From positions 2,838-66,837 of the forward strand of contig JACPLR010000007.1 in assembly GCA_016186425.1 (NCBI GenBank): DNA of 64,000 nt, written 5' to 3'. This DNA is from Candidatus Pacearchaeota archaeon. Lineage in GTDB: Archaea; Nanobdellota; Nanobdellia; Pacearchaeales; GW2011-AR1. Positions within the stretch are counted from its first letter, which is position 1; the number at the start of each line of letters is the position of its first letter. Below the pieces are notes generated by a model that made no database searches, had not been told where the DNA came from, and saw only the letters and a list, made by a program, of their open reading frames with translations. Below, piece after piece: positions 52,585 to 60,541 of this stretch. A program made the position numbers and the translations under genes.

Positions 52585-54357
52585 TTATTTTTTATTAAGC
52601 TTGCTAAAAGGCTTAATTTTTGCCATATTTTTCCTTCTGTAAAAATAAATAATTAATATTATCGCTAAAACTATCAGTATAATCCACATAATCACTCCTA
52701 ACCTATTCATAAATTTACTTTTAATCTTAGCTATAGATATAAATGGCAACTTATTATGGGTTTGTTCAGCATTTTCTTCTTGTGCTTTGCCAAGTCGCTC
52801 TATTTCTTCTGTAACTGTCTCATTGATATTAACAATTGAGATATTTGCTTTTCCATTAACTACTTCTTTTAGTGTAACTTCTATTTCATACTTTCCATCA
52901 CCATCAACATCAATTTTTCTTGTTTCACCTAGAACAAGAATAATTTCCTGAGGATCAGAAGAAATAATTATTTTAACAGTCTGGTTGGTTATTTCAAGAA
53001 CCCCAACATTATGATACTCTCCTTCAATTTCTAATTTTATCCTTTCCCCTCCAGAAAGAGAACTGCTTGAACCGCCGGATGATGAGCTCAATTGACTCTG
53101 GCTTAAAGATGCAACATCTTTCCAGTTTATTTCTCCAGGAGAAACACGAACTCCTCCAACAGAAACTAGCCCTCCACTAGTCCCGCCACCTCCTCCGCCA
53201 CCTCCAGATCCTCCACTTCCACTAGCTCCTCCAGAAGTAGTCGTAGTTACTGTGTTAGTTGTTGTGTTATTTGTCGTTTGATTATTAGTACCTGTATTAT
53301 TTAACAAAGTTGAATCATTAGCAGTTATATTATAATTATTCGTATCTGTCGCGTTAGTGTTATTTAAAACTATATCAACACTAGTATTAACACAGGCTCC
53401 ATTGGAACAATTTCCAGAACAGGCTTCAATACCTATACTTCCCTCTTGACAAAATCCAGACAGACATCTTTTTTGGTTAACATACCAAGTTTCCTGAGTT
53501 GTTTGAGAACAAAAAGGTACTCCACAATCAGAATCAACATTACAAGAAATCCTTGTATCATTAACTGTCACATTTGTATAATTTACAGGATTTGTAATAT
53601 TATAAGCACAATCAACTCGTGTTAACTGGCCATTACAACTATAATTTTCAACATCACTACAAACTCCATCTCCTTCATTAACACAGAAGAAAGCATTGCT
53701 CTCAACACAATCTCCCGCAACATTTTCAAAAGAATCATACACCCTTACAAGACCAGAACAACATTGAATAGTATAATCAGTCATTTCCCCTTCAGGAGCG
53801 CAGGTTTCATTAACTATCATTGGCTCTGATATTTTTATAATTTTAAAATAATCTAAAAAATATTGGCCATTTTCAACCACTGGCTCAAATGTATGTAATC
53901 CTAGTTCTAATCTAGATAAATTAACCCTAAGAGGATTTCCGCAATAAGAAAAGGCAGGATCGCTAAGATTTGCAAGAGTAGCATTTATTGAAAAAATATT
54001 TCTTCCATCAAGATAAAGATGAAGCGCATTTGGGATACTTGTATTGCTAGAAGGCCATAAAGAGTGAGAGATGTCTAAAAAATATTCAGCACTTTCGTTT
54101 ATATTAAATTTATAAGGATAAGGCCCTGGAGAAACATAATTTGGAGGATTATCTACAGTAAACAATTCTCTTCTAAAGCAAACAGAATCAAGATAACTCT
54201 TAGTATAATTTCCATCATAATAAAAAACAGTTTCCTCAGTTGGAGATAAATTGATTCTTGTTTCAAAAGAAGAAAAAAGAATAATAAGCAGTATAAAAGA
54301 CAAAAAGGCCAAGATACTTATTCCAGTTACCACACTTTTTTGCATATAAATTATCAA
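52585..54357 (-). CDS. Cys-rich surface protein with N/T-rich and Gly/Ser-rich linkers and C-terminal TM anchor (590 aa)
   Basis: N-terminal signal/TM and multiple Cys clusters. N/T-rich tract (NNTGTNNQTTNNTTTNTVTTTT), SGGASGSGGSGGGGGGGGTSGG, and C-terminal TM VIMWIILIVLAILIIYFY followed by RRK. Confidence 0.7.
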   Translation of the reverse strand: MIIYMQKSVVTGISILAFLSFILLIILFSSFETRINLSPTEETVFYYDGNYTKSYLDSVCFRRELFTVDNPPNYVSPGPYPYKFNINESAEYFLDISHSLWPSSNTSIPNALHLYLDGRNIFSINATLANLSDPAFSYCGNPLRVNLSRLELGLHTFEPVVENGQYFLDYFKIIKISEPMIVNETCAPEGEMTDYTIQCCSGLVRVYDSFENVAGDCVESNAFFCVNEGDGVCSDVENYSCNGQLTRVDCAYNITNPVNYTNVTVNDTRISCNVDSDCGVPFCSQTTQETWYVNQKRCLSGFCQEGSIGIEACSGNCSNGACVNTSVDIVLNNTNATDTNNYNITANDSTLLNNTGTNNQTTNNTTTNTVTTTTSGGASGSGGSGGGGGGGGTSGGLVSVGGVRVSPGEINWKDVASLSQSQLSSSSGGSSSSLSGGERIKLEIEGEYHNVGVLEITNQTVKIIISSDPQEIILVLGETRKIDVDGDGKYEIEVTLKEVVNGKANISIVNINETVTEEIERLGKAQEENAEQTHNKLPFISIAKIKSKFMNRLGVIMWIILIVLAIILIIYFYRRKNMAKIKPFSKLNKK

Positions 54358-54474
54358 AACCCTCTTTTTTATTATACTTTAAATAACTAATATGTATTTA
54401 AAAATATATGCTTAACAATTGTTAAGAAAATTTCCGGACACTACTCTATAAAAATTAACATATCAAACTTAATA

Positions 54475-54559
54475 ATCAGGTAAAATTGCTGCAGTATTTT
54501 CAAAATTATTCTGGAATCATGCCATATCTCTACATAATCTTAATATGAAAGTTACTAAG
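54475..54559 (+). repeat. IGR-A element lacking hairpin 1
   Basis: ATCAGGTAAAATTGCTGCAGTATTTTCAAAATTATTCTGGAATCATGCCATATCTCTACATAATCTTAATATGAAAGTTACTAAG. Confidence 0.85.
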
Positions 54560-54668
54560 TTTTACTAGTCTTAATTTAAGCTATATAATTTATTATTATA
54601 TATTTCAAAATAAATATAAATACTTCCATTATACAAATCTATTAATATTCTATTTTTTTCTTTTAAAT

Positions 54669-55850
54669 ATGTCCAACACATCTAATTATAATGAATTAGC
54701 TAAGCAATTCAAGAAATTTTCAGAAAAACTTGCGCTTAGCTCAAAAAAGCAATTCTCCGGAAGCACTCCACCAGAAATATTTGTTGGAAGAAAAGATTAC
54801 CCAAAAGTCTACACAGGTATTCTATCTCCAATCCAGAAAGGAGATACAGAATCTTTCAGCTCTCCAGAAGCATGGTTTAGAAAGCAGGCTTCTATTCAAG
54901 AAATACTTGACTATCGACAAAAACTGATTTATTCAAGATTTAAAACAAATGTAAAAGCCCCTTATAATAATAAAATGGTTTCAGCACTAAACCAGGTTGC
55001 AATGTCAAGCAAATCTCTAAGCGCAGAATTCTCATTGCATAAACCTCCAAGATTTTCAATTATAAAAGAACCTTCTATTCCAATTATAGGCAATCCAGCT
55101 CCTCTTAAATCAATTAAATTACAGGAAAATCCAAAAATCCATACAAAAGTTGATTATACAACCGGAGATAACAGGCTAAAAGCAAGTGAAGCAATTAAAA
55201 TATTATATAAAAACCAAATAGAAATAAGCAATATAACAAAAATTCTTTCAGCAGGGCTTTTAGGCCTAAAAAACAACAGAAAAATGGTTCCAACACGCTG
55301 GGCAATTACAGCAACAGATGATACTTTATCAAAAGATATGTTAAAAAAAATTAGGGAATTTAATGAGATTAATGAAATTCTTGTTTTTCACGGAGAATAC
55401 CTAGGCAACCACTATGAAATCCTGTTATTGCCAAGTAAATTCGAATTTGAAGTAATAGAAATATCCTCAAAAAGCCTTGATAAAAATAATCTTGGAGTAT
55501 GGCAGGATTATGAAGGATTTTATGGAAGAAAAACATATGCAGATGATGTTACCGGAGCTTATTATGTTAACCGTTTAGCCCTTTGTGAATACTTAACTCA
55601 GATTAAGAAACAATGCTCCTGCATATTTTTCAGGGAAGTAAAGCCTTCTTACACTTCCCCTCTTGGAGTAGGAATCTTAAGAGAATTATCAAGAAGTGCA
55701 TTTCAAAAGCAACCTGAAAAATTCCAAAGCATTCAAGAAGCAATAAACCATATTCAGACAAGATTAACCATCCCAGTTTCTCTATACACTAATAAATCCA
55801 AAATCTTAGCAGATTATGGCAAACAAAGAAGATTAAGCCAGTGGTCATAA
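54669..55850 (+). CDS. Nre-family DNA repair protein-like
   Basis: 393 aa. PPEIFVGRKDYPKVYTGILSP and MVPTRWAITATDD match my recollection of the archaeal Nre N- and C-terminal domains. Not verified by search. Confidence 0.45.
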   Translation: MSNTSNYNELAKQFKKFSEKLALSSKKQFSGSTPPEIFVGRKDYPKVYTGILSPIQKGDTESFSSPEAWFRKQASIQEILDYRQKLIYSRFKTNVKAPYNNKMVSALNQVAMSSKSLSAEFSLHKPPRFSIIKEPSIPIIGNPAPLKSIKLQENPKIHTKVDYTTGDNRLKASEAIKILYKNQIEISNITKILSAGLLGLKNNRKMVPTRWAITATDDTLSKDMLKKIREFNEINEILVFHGEYLGNHYEILLLPSKFEFEVIEISSKSLDKNNLGVWQDYEGFYGRKTYADDVTGAYYVNRLALCEYLTQIKKQCSCIFFREVKPSYTSPLGVGILRELSRSAFQKQPEKFQSIQEAINHIQTRLTIPVSLYTNKSKILADYGKQRRLSQWS

Positions 55851-55889
55851 GAATTAAATATTTAAAAAGCTTAAAGAACTAAATTAGAG

Positions 55890-56372
55890 ATGAATAAAAA
55901 GCATATTATATTCGGAATAGCTATACTAATTTTAATCGTTTTTATATTAATATATTCTTTTTCAATGGGTTACTACATTCCTCATTTAGATTACGCTTTA
56001 GAAACAGGTGGAAGGTATTTATTAATTCCATTAACTTTCATTGTATTCTTTATTTTAATTAGCATAAGCGGAAAATACTATATTTTCATAGGAAGAAAAA
56101 AAATTGAAGCAAATAAAATAATTAAATTTATCACATTTTGGAATATAATTTTTTTAATACTTTTATTAATAAGTATTATCCCTATAATTATAAGCTGTGA
56201 TTTATTTCCAAATAGTAAAAGTTTATTTTGTGGATTGACATTAAATGGTATTCTTGCAATATATACTGGACTATTCTTCATTGTATTTGTTTTAATGATT
56301 TATCTAGCAACAACAATATTTTTTATCATATTTATTTTAATGACTATCGGAAGATTTTTAAAGAAACATTAA
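55890..56372 (+). CDS. hypothetical polytopic membrane protein (160 aa)
   Basis: Four to five hydrophobic segments. No family recognised. Confidence 0.45.
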   Translation: MNKKHIIFGIAILILIVFILIYSFSMGYYIPHLDYALETGGRYLLIPLTFIVFFILISISGKYYIFIGRKKIEANKIIKFITFWNIIFLILLLISIIPIIISCDLFPNSKSLFCGLTLNGILAIYTGLFFIVFVLMIYLATTIFFIIFILMTIGRFLKKH

Positions 56373-56399
56373 AATAATATAAAACATAAGGTTATTTTA

Positions 56400-57140
56400 T
56401 CATTTCACCAGAAAAATCAAGCTCGTCTCAATAATCGCTGCAATAACCAGCAAGGGGACAACAACAAACAAAAAAACCCTCATTGAATTCTTGAAATAAA
56501 ATTTAAATGCCTTACTAGGGGCCCTATTAAATATAAAACTTCCAAACCTAATGCCAAGAGCAATTGAAATAAAAACAGCCGGCAACTCAAATATTCCATG
56601 GGGAACAAGCTTCCAAAAAACTCCCAGACCATCTATAATTATTGATTTTTGCAAGATAAACCCGATTACATAGCCATTAAATGCTATGCTTACTGCAGGG
56701 AAAATACTGAAAAAAAATCCCAGAATAATTGAAAAAAAAGACACAGAAGTGTTATTATAAAAAATAAACCACAACATTTCAAGAAAATTAAGGTCTTTAG
56801 TTTTTTCAAGAAGCTCTTCAATTATTTTTTTTATGGCTTCAATTAAAAAACCAGGTTGATACAAAAAACCAAGAATCATAAATCCCAAAAATAAAACAAT
56901 TGCAAAAAGAATATAATTTTTGGACTCTTTTAAAAATCTCCAAGATTTTTTGTAATTTTCTCCTTCCTTTGACAAAAAATACATCAATCCGCCAAAATAA
57001 GCAATAATAAATCCAAAAACATCTAAATAATTAATATCAAAAAACATATTTAAAATAATAATTAGAAAACCTACTGCAATAAGTAGAATTGCAAATATAT
57101 TAAAGTTATTTTTCTTACTTGATCTTACTTTTTTAGCCAT
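56400..57140 (-). CDS. SpoIIM/DUF95-family membrane protein
   Basis: KLVPHGIFELPAVFISIALG motif and topology typical of the stage II sporulation protein M family. Confidence 0.6.
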   Translation of the reverse strand: MAKKVRSSKKNNFNIFAILLIAVGFLIIILNMFFDINYLDVFGFIIAYFGGLMYFLSKEGENYKKSWRFLKESKNYILFAIVLFLGFMILGFLYQPGFLIEAIKKIIEELLEKTKDLNFLEMLWFIFYNNTSVSFFSIILGFFFSIFPAVSIAFNGYVIGFILQKSIIIDGLGVFWKLVPHGIFELPAVFISIALGIRFGSFIFNRAPSKAFKFYFKNSMRVFLFVVVPLLVIAAIIETSLIFLVK

Positions 57141-57211
57141 TTTATACTTTAGTAATCCAAGGTTAATAAAACTAATGTTGCAAAGGCATTACAACTGGTT
57201 AATTTAAACAT

Positions 57212-57388
57212 CTAATAAATCATTTTAAATTTCTCCTAATAAAAGGAAAGTTTCATAAAGAAAAACATTGGCTATTAAAAGGAGATGTCATAAGAAGAAC
57301 CTTGGTTCTTTTTATTATTTAGTATTGTAATGATTCAAGACTTTTTGAAATCATGCCATATCCTTGCCTAAGTTAAATGAGAAATCTA
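57212..57388 (+). repeat. IGR-A element, full length with two nested B modules
   Basis: CTAATAAATCATTTTAAATTTCTCCTAATAAAAGGAAAGTTTCATAAAGAAAAACATTGGCT + ATTAAAAGGAGATGTCATAAGAAGAACCTTGGTTCTTTTTATTATTT + AGTATTGTAATGATTCAAGACTTTTTGAAATCATGCCATATCCTTGCCTAAGTTAAATGAG. Confidence 0.95.
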
Positions 57389-57430
57389 CAAATATTTAAA
57401 CATTCTATAAGTTATATACTCAAATTAATA

Positions 57431-57495
57431 TTATTCAAAATTGTTCCGAAATCACACCATAGCTTCCCTAATTTTTACATCTTAAGTTTCTATCC
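57431..57495 (+). repeat. IGR-A element, 3' half
   Basis: TTATTCAAAATTGTTCCGAAATCACACCATAGCTTCCCTAATTTTTACATCTTAAGTTTCTATCC. Confidence 0.8.
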
Positions 57496-57497
57496 TT

Positions 57498-57590
57498 TTT
57501 ATTGGTTGTCTTTATTTGATATTGAAAGAATTCAAAAAATATCTTGAATCATTGCCACATCTTTACCTACCTTATTCGCTTAATATGTTA
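57498..57590 (+). repeat. B-module remnant plus IGR-A 3' half
   Basis: TTTATTGGTTGTCTTTATTTGATATTGAAAGAATTCAAAAAATATCTTGAATCATTGCCACATCTTTACCTACCTTATTCGCTTAATATG. Confidence 0.8.
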
Positions 57591-57624
57591 ATTTTTAGTG
57601 CTTTTATAGATTAATTATATAATT

Positions 57625-58344
57625 TTATTGTATCATCTTATTTAACATTACAACTTTCTTTTTATATTTGTTTCTTAGATAAACTCCATAAACAATTCCT
57701 GATAAAAAACCGCCAAAATGAGCTGTATTGCCTATTGGAAACCCTGTTCCAGCGCTGACAAGCCATGTTGCAAATAAAACCAAAGGAATCATAATATAAG
57801 CAGGAAGAGAAAAAAATGGCAAAAAGATTATTGAAAATTTTAGCTTAGGAGTTAGAATAACAAATAATCCTGCAATTGCAAATATTGCCCCACTTGCCCC
57901 GACTGCAGAAATATCCACACTTCCAAATATCTTAGCTCCTAACTCAGTATTGCCAAAAAAAACTGCAAAAATAACAAAAAATACTGAAGCAATCAATCCA
58001 GAAAGCAAATAAAACCATAAATACCTTTTTCTTCCGATTATTTTCTCGCAAAAACTTCCCAAAGAAAGAAGAACAAACATATTGACAAATAAATGCAAAG
58101 GCCCAGCATGCATAAACATGCTTGTTAAAAAAGTCCACAAATACTTGCCTTGAATAATAAAGCTTGGTTTCAAAGCAACATAATCCATATAGACAGGATT
58201 AATAAGATAAAGAATATAAAAAATCACAAAAAATAAAACATTAATAAATATAAGCCAAGCAGTAACACTTACATTGCTTAATAATAATCCAAAAATGCCT
58301 CTTCTTAAATTCCTTCTTGTATATGTTCTTAATTCTCTTTCCAT
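57625..58344 (-). CDS. rhomboid family intramembrane serine protease
   Basis: MHAGPLHLFVNM (H..N), catalytic GASGAIFA (GxSG) and AHFGGFLSG (catalytic His). Confidence 0.8.
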   Translation of the reverse strand: MERELRTYTRRNLRRGIFGLLLSNVSVTAWLIFINVLFFVIFYILYLINPVYMDYVALKPSFIIQGKYLWTFLTSMFMHAGPLHLFVNMFVLLSLGSFCEKIIGRKRYLWFYLLSGLIASVFFVIFAVFFGNTELGAKIFGSVDISAVGASGAIFAIAGLFVILTPKLKFSIIFLPFFSLPAYIMIPLVLFATWLVSAGTGFPIGNTAHFGGFLSGIVYGVYLRNKYKKKVVMLNKMIQ

Positions 58345-58422
58345 TTTTAAATAAGTATAAAATATTTATCTAATTTAAAATACCATTATAATTAATAAAA
58401 ATAGATTAATAAATCTGCCCTT

Positions 58423-59184
58423 TTATCTTTTTTTCTTGCTATGCTTCTTTTTTCTAGCCGTTTTTTTAACAGGTTTCTTAATAAATTTTTTCTTGATTTT
58501 TTTATGCTTTAAGAATTTTTTTGTCTTCTTGATTTTCTTAACTTTATGCTTCATTAATTTCTTCTTAGCTTTATTTCTTTCCAGCTGCGCTTTTCTTCTT
58601 TTTTCCATTTTTTCTTTCTCAATTTTCTTCCTGTCACTTTCAATTTTTTTCATTTTCTTTTCATCAATAATGCCTATTTCTTTATTTATCTCTTCCAATT
58701 GCCTTTTCAGCTTGTTCATAGAAGAATTTACCTCGGTTATCGCTTTTTTATTATCATTTAACTGATAAACTTCTCCACATTCAGAGCATATGAAATTATG
58801 GAGCAAAGCAGTTTCTTCAGTTACTTCTGTATGGCACGAGGGGCATATATAGAATCTTTTTTGTTCTCGGCTTTTTAACTGATGCTCTAGCTGCCCTATC
58901 TCTTTAAGAACATGTTTCTGCAATAAAACAAGGGCTTTGTCCGTATTAAAAGTCCAGAAATATGTATACCATCCTTTTTTCCTGTCTTTTTTCCTTATAA
59001 AAGAAACTAAACCCTCGTCAGACAATTTATAAAGAATATTTCTCGCTTGATTAATTGTTAACCCGAGTTTTTTCGCAATTATAAATTCATTAACGTTTTT
59101 TTTATCAAAAAGTGAGTCCGCTATCTGCCCGGCATTCTTGCCAGCAACCATAACCACAACATCTCTAAGAAGTTCGATATTCAT
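58423..59184 (-). CDS. tfe: transcription factor E (TFE alpha) with long Lys-rich C-terminal tail
   Basis: N-terminal wH (FIIAKKLGLTINQARNILYKLSDEGLVSFIRKKDRKKGWYTYFW). Zn ribbon CPSCHTEV...CSECG. The last ~85 aa are about half Lys/Arg. Confidence 0.7.
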   Translation of the reverse strand: MNIELLRDVVVMVAGKNAGQIADSLFDKKNVNEFIIAKKLGLTINQARNILYKLSDEGLVSFIRKKDRKKGWYTYFWTFNTDKALVLLQKHVLKEIGQLEHQLKSREQKRFYICPSCHTEVTEETALLHNFICSECGEVYQLNDNKKAITEVNSSMNKLKRQLEEINKEIGIIDEKKMKKIESDRKKIEKEKMEKRRKAQLERNKAKKKLMKHKVKKIKKTKKFLKHKKIKKKFIKKPVKKTARKKKHSKKKR

Positions 59185-59298
59185 ATTTTTTAATCATAAA
59201 AATATCATTAATATAGTTTTCTATTCTTCTCCTTCAAATAATGTTACTATTTTAAAGTTTAACTAAACATATAAATATAAAATTTCGGAATTAACTAT

Positions 59299-59922
59299 AT
59301 GGGTTTTTTCAGCAGAAACAAGGATAAAAAAGAGGATAAGGTGCCAGAACTTCCAAAACTGCCGCCACTTCCAGATCTTCCGCAATTGCCAGAGTCTAAA
59401 AGAGAACAGGATAATTTCTCACTTCCTTCATTACCTTCTTCAAACATAGGGCAAAGAATAAACCAGGATATGATAAAAGGAGCTGTTTCTGGCAGAGAAG
59501 ATGAGGAAAATGACCTAACAGATATGCCAACGCCTTCAGAACCATTGCAAAGGTCAAGAGTTCAGGAAATTTCTGGTATTAAAGGGATGCAACAATCAAG
59601 ATTCTCAATCCCAAAAGAATTAATAAAACCAAGAACATTGGAAATGTCTAACTCCTTCCCTTCAGGACAGAGAAATTTCGAGTTTCAGGAAACAAGAACA
59701 AAAAAATCAGAGCCATTATTCATAAAACTTGACAAATACGAAAGCACTCTCTCAACATTCAATGAAATAAAACTAAGGGTTGGCGAGATTGAATCACTGC
59801 TAAGAAATATAAAAGAAATAAAATCAAAGGAAGAGCGCGAGTTGGATGACTGGGAAAGAGAAATCCAGACAATTAAAGCAAGATTAGATCAGGTTGACAG
59901 AGAATTATTCAAGAATATCTAA
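59299..59922 (+). CDS. hypothetical protein with Pro-rich LP repeats and C-terminal coiled coil (207 aa)
   Basis: PELPKLPPLPDLPQLPE near the N-terminus. The C-terminal PLFIKLDKYESTLSTFNEIKLRVGEIESLLRNIKEIKSKEERELDDWEREIQ is predicted coiled coil. Confidence 0.5.
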   Translation: MGFFSRNKDKKEDKVPELPKLPPLPDLPQLPESKREQDNFSLPSLPSSNIGQRINQDMIKGAVSGREDEENDLTDMPTPSEPLQRSRVQEISGIKGMQQSRFSIPKELIKPRTLEMSNSFPSGQRNFEFQETRTKKSEPLFIKLDKYESTLSTFNEIKLRVGEIESLLRNIKEIKSKEERELDDWEREIQTIKARLDQVDRELFKNI

Positions 59923-59934
59923 TTATAAATTAAA

Positions 59935-60306
59935 ATGAATGACAATGTAGTTTACTCAAAAATTGAATATCAAGACGCTTTATTTGCAAAAAAGCATATT
60001 CTTGAGACGCAGATAAATTTGCTTAATGCAATGAATAGCATTGATAATTATAAAGACTTAAGAAAAAAAGAGTTACTATTAAAACTAAAGCTAAAGAACA
60101 ATTTAAAAAATATAAAAGACCATATAATTAAGCTTAATAATCATCTTCCACAAACAAAAGAGATGAAAAAGCATATTTCTGTAAAAAATATAAAAGGCTA
60201 TGAAAGAGGATATGAAGATAAAGAAAGCAAAAAGAAAAGGGAAAGAGCTTCTTCTATTGAATCAGAATTAGAAGACATAAGAAATAAGTTAAGCCAATTA
60301 GGTTAA
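59935..60306 (+). CDS. hypothetical coiled-coil protein (123 aa)
   Basis: ORF 12 nt downstream of the previous gene. Heptad-like, Lys/Leu/Asn-rich. Confidence 0.45.
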   Translation: MNDNVVYSKIEYQDALFAKKHILETQINLLNAMNSIDNYKDLRKKELLLKLKLKNNLKNIKDHIIKLNNHLPQTKEMKKHISVKNIKGYERGYEDKESKKKRERASSIESELEDIRNKLSQLG

Positions 60307-60365
60307 AAGAAAAATAAATTCAGTATTAACGAAAAACAAGTCTAAATTACTTAACCGCGTAGAAG

Positions 60366-60469
60366 TAGGTTAAATTTCTCCTAAAAGAGAAATTTAGAAT
60401 TATAGTAATTCAAGAATATTTTGAATCCATGCCATATCTCTGCCTAATTTTCATATCTTAAGTTACTGC
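60366..60469 (+). repeat. IGR-A element, full length
   Basis: Hairpin AAATTTCTC-ctaaaa-GAGAAATTT at 60372-60395. GTAATTCAAGAATATTTTGAATCCATGCCATATCTCTGCCTAATTTTCATATCTTAAGTTACTGC. Confidence 0.95.
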
Positions 60470-60541
60470 TATATCTTAAATTATTTCTATAATATATATA
60501 AGTCTAACAACTTTTTTAAACATACTCTTCCTGCTATTTCT

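Noticed and set aside
58436-58765. 109-aa + strand ORF rich in Phe/Leu
   Set aside because: It is the antisense strand of the Lys-rich (AAR-run) tail of tfe and is a low-complexity artefact.
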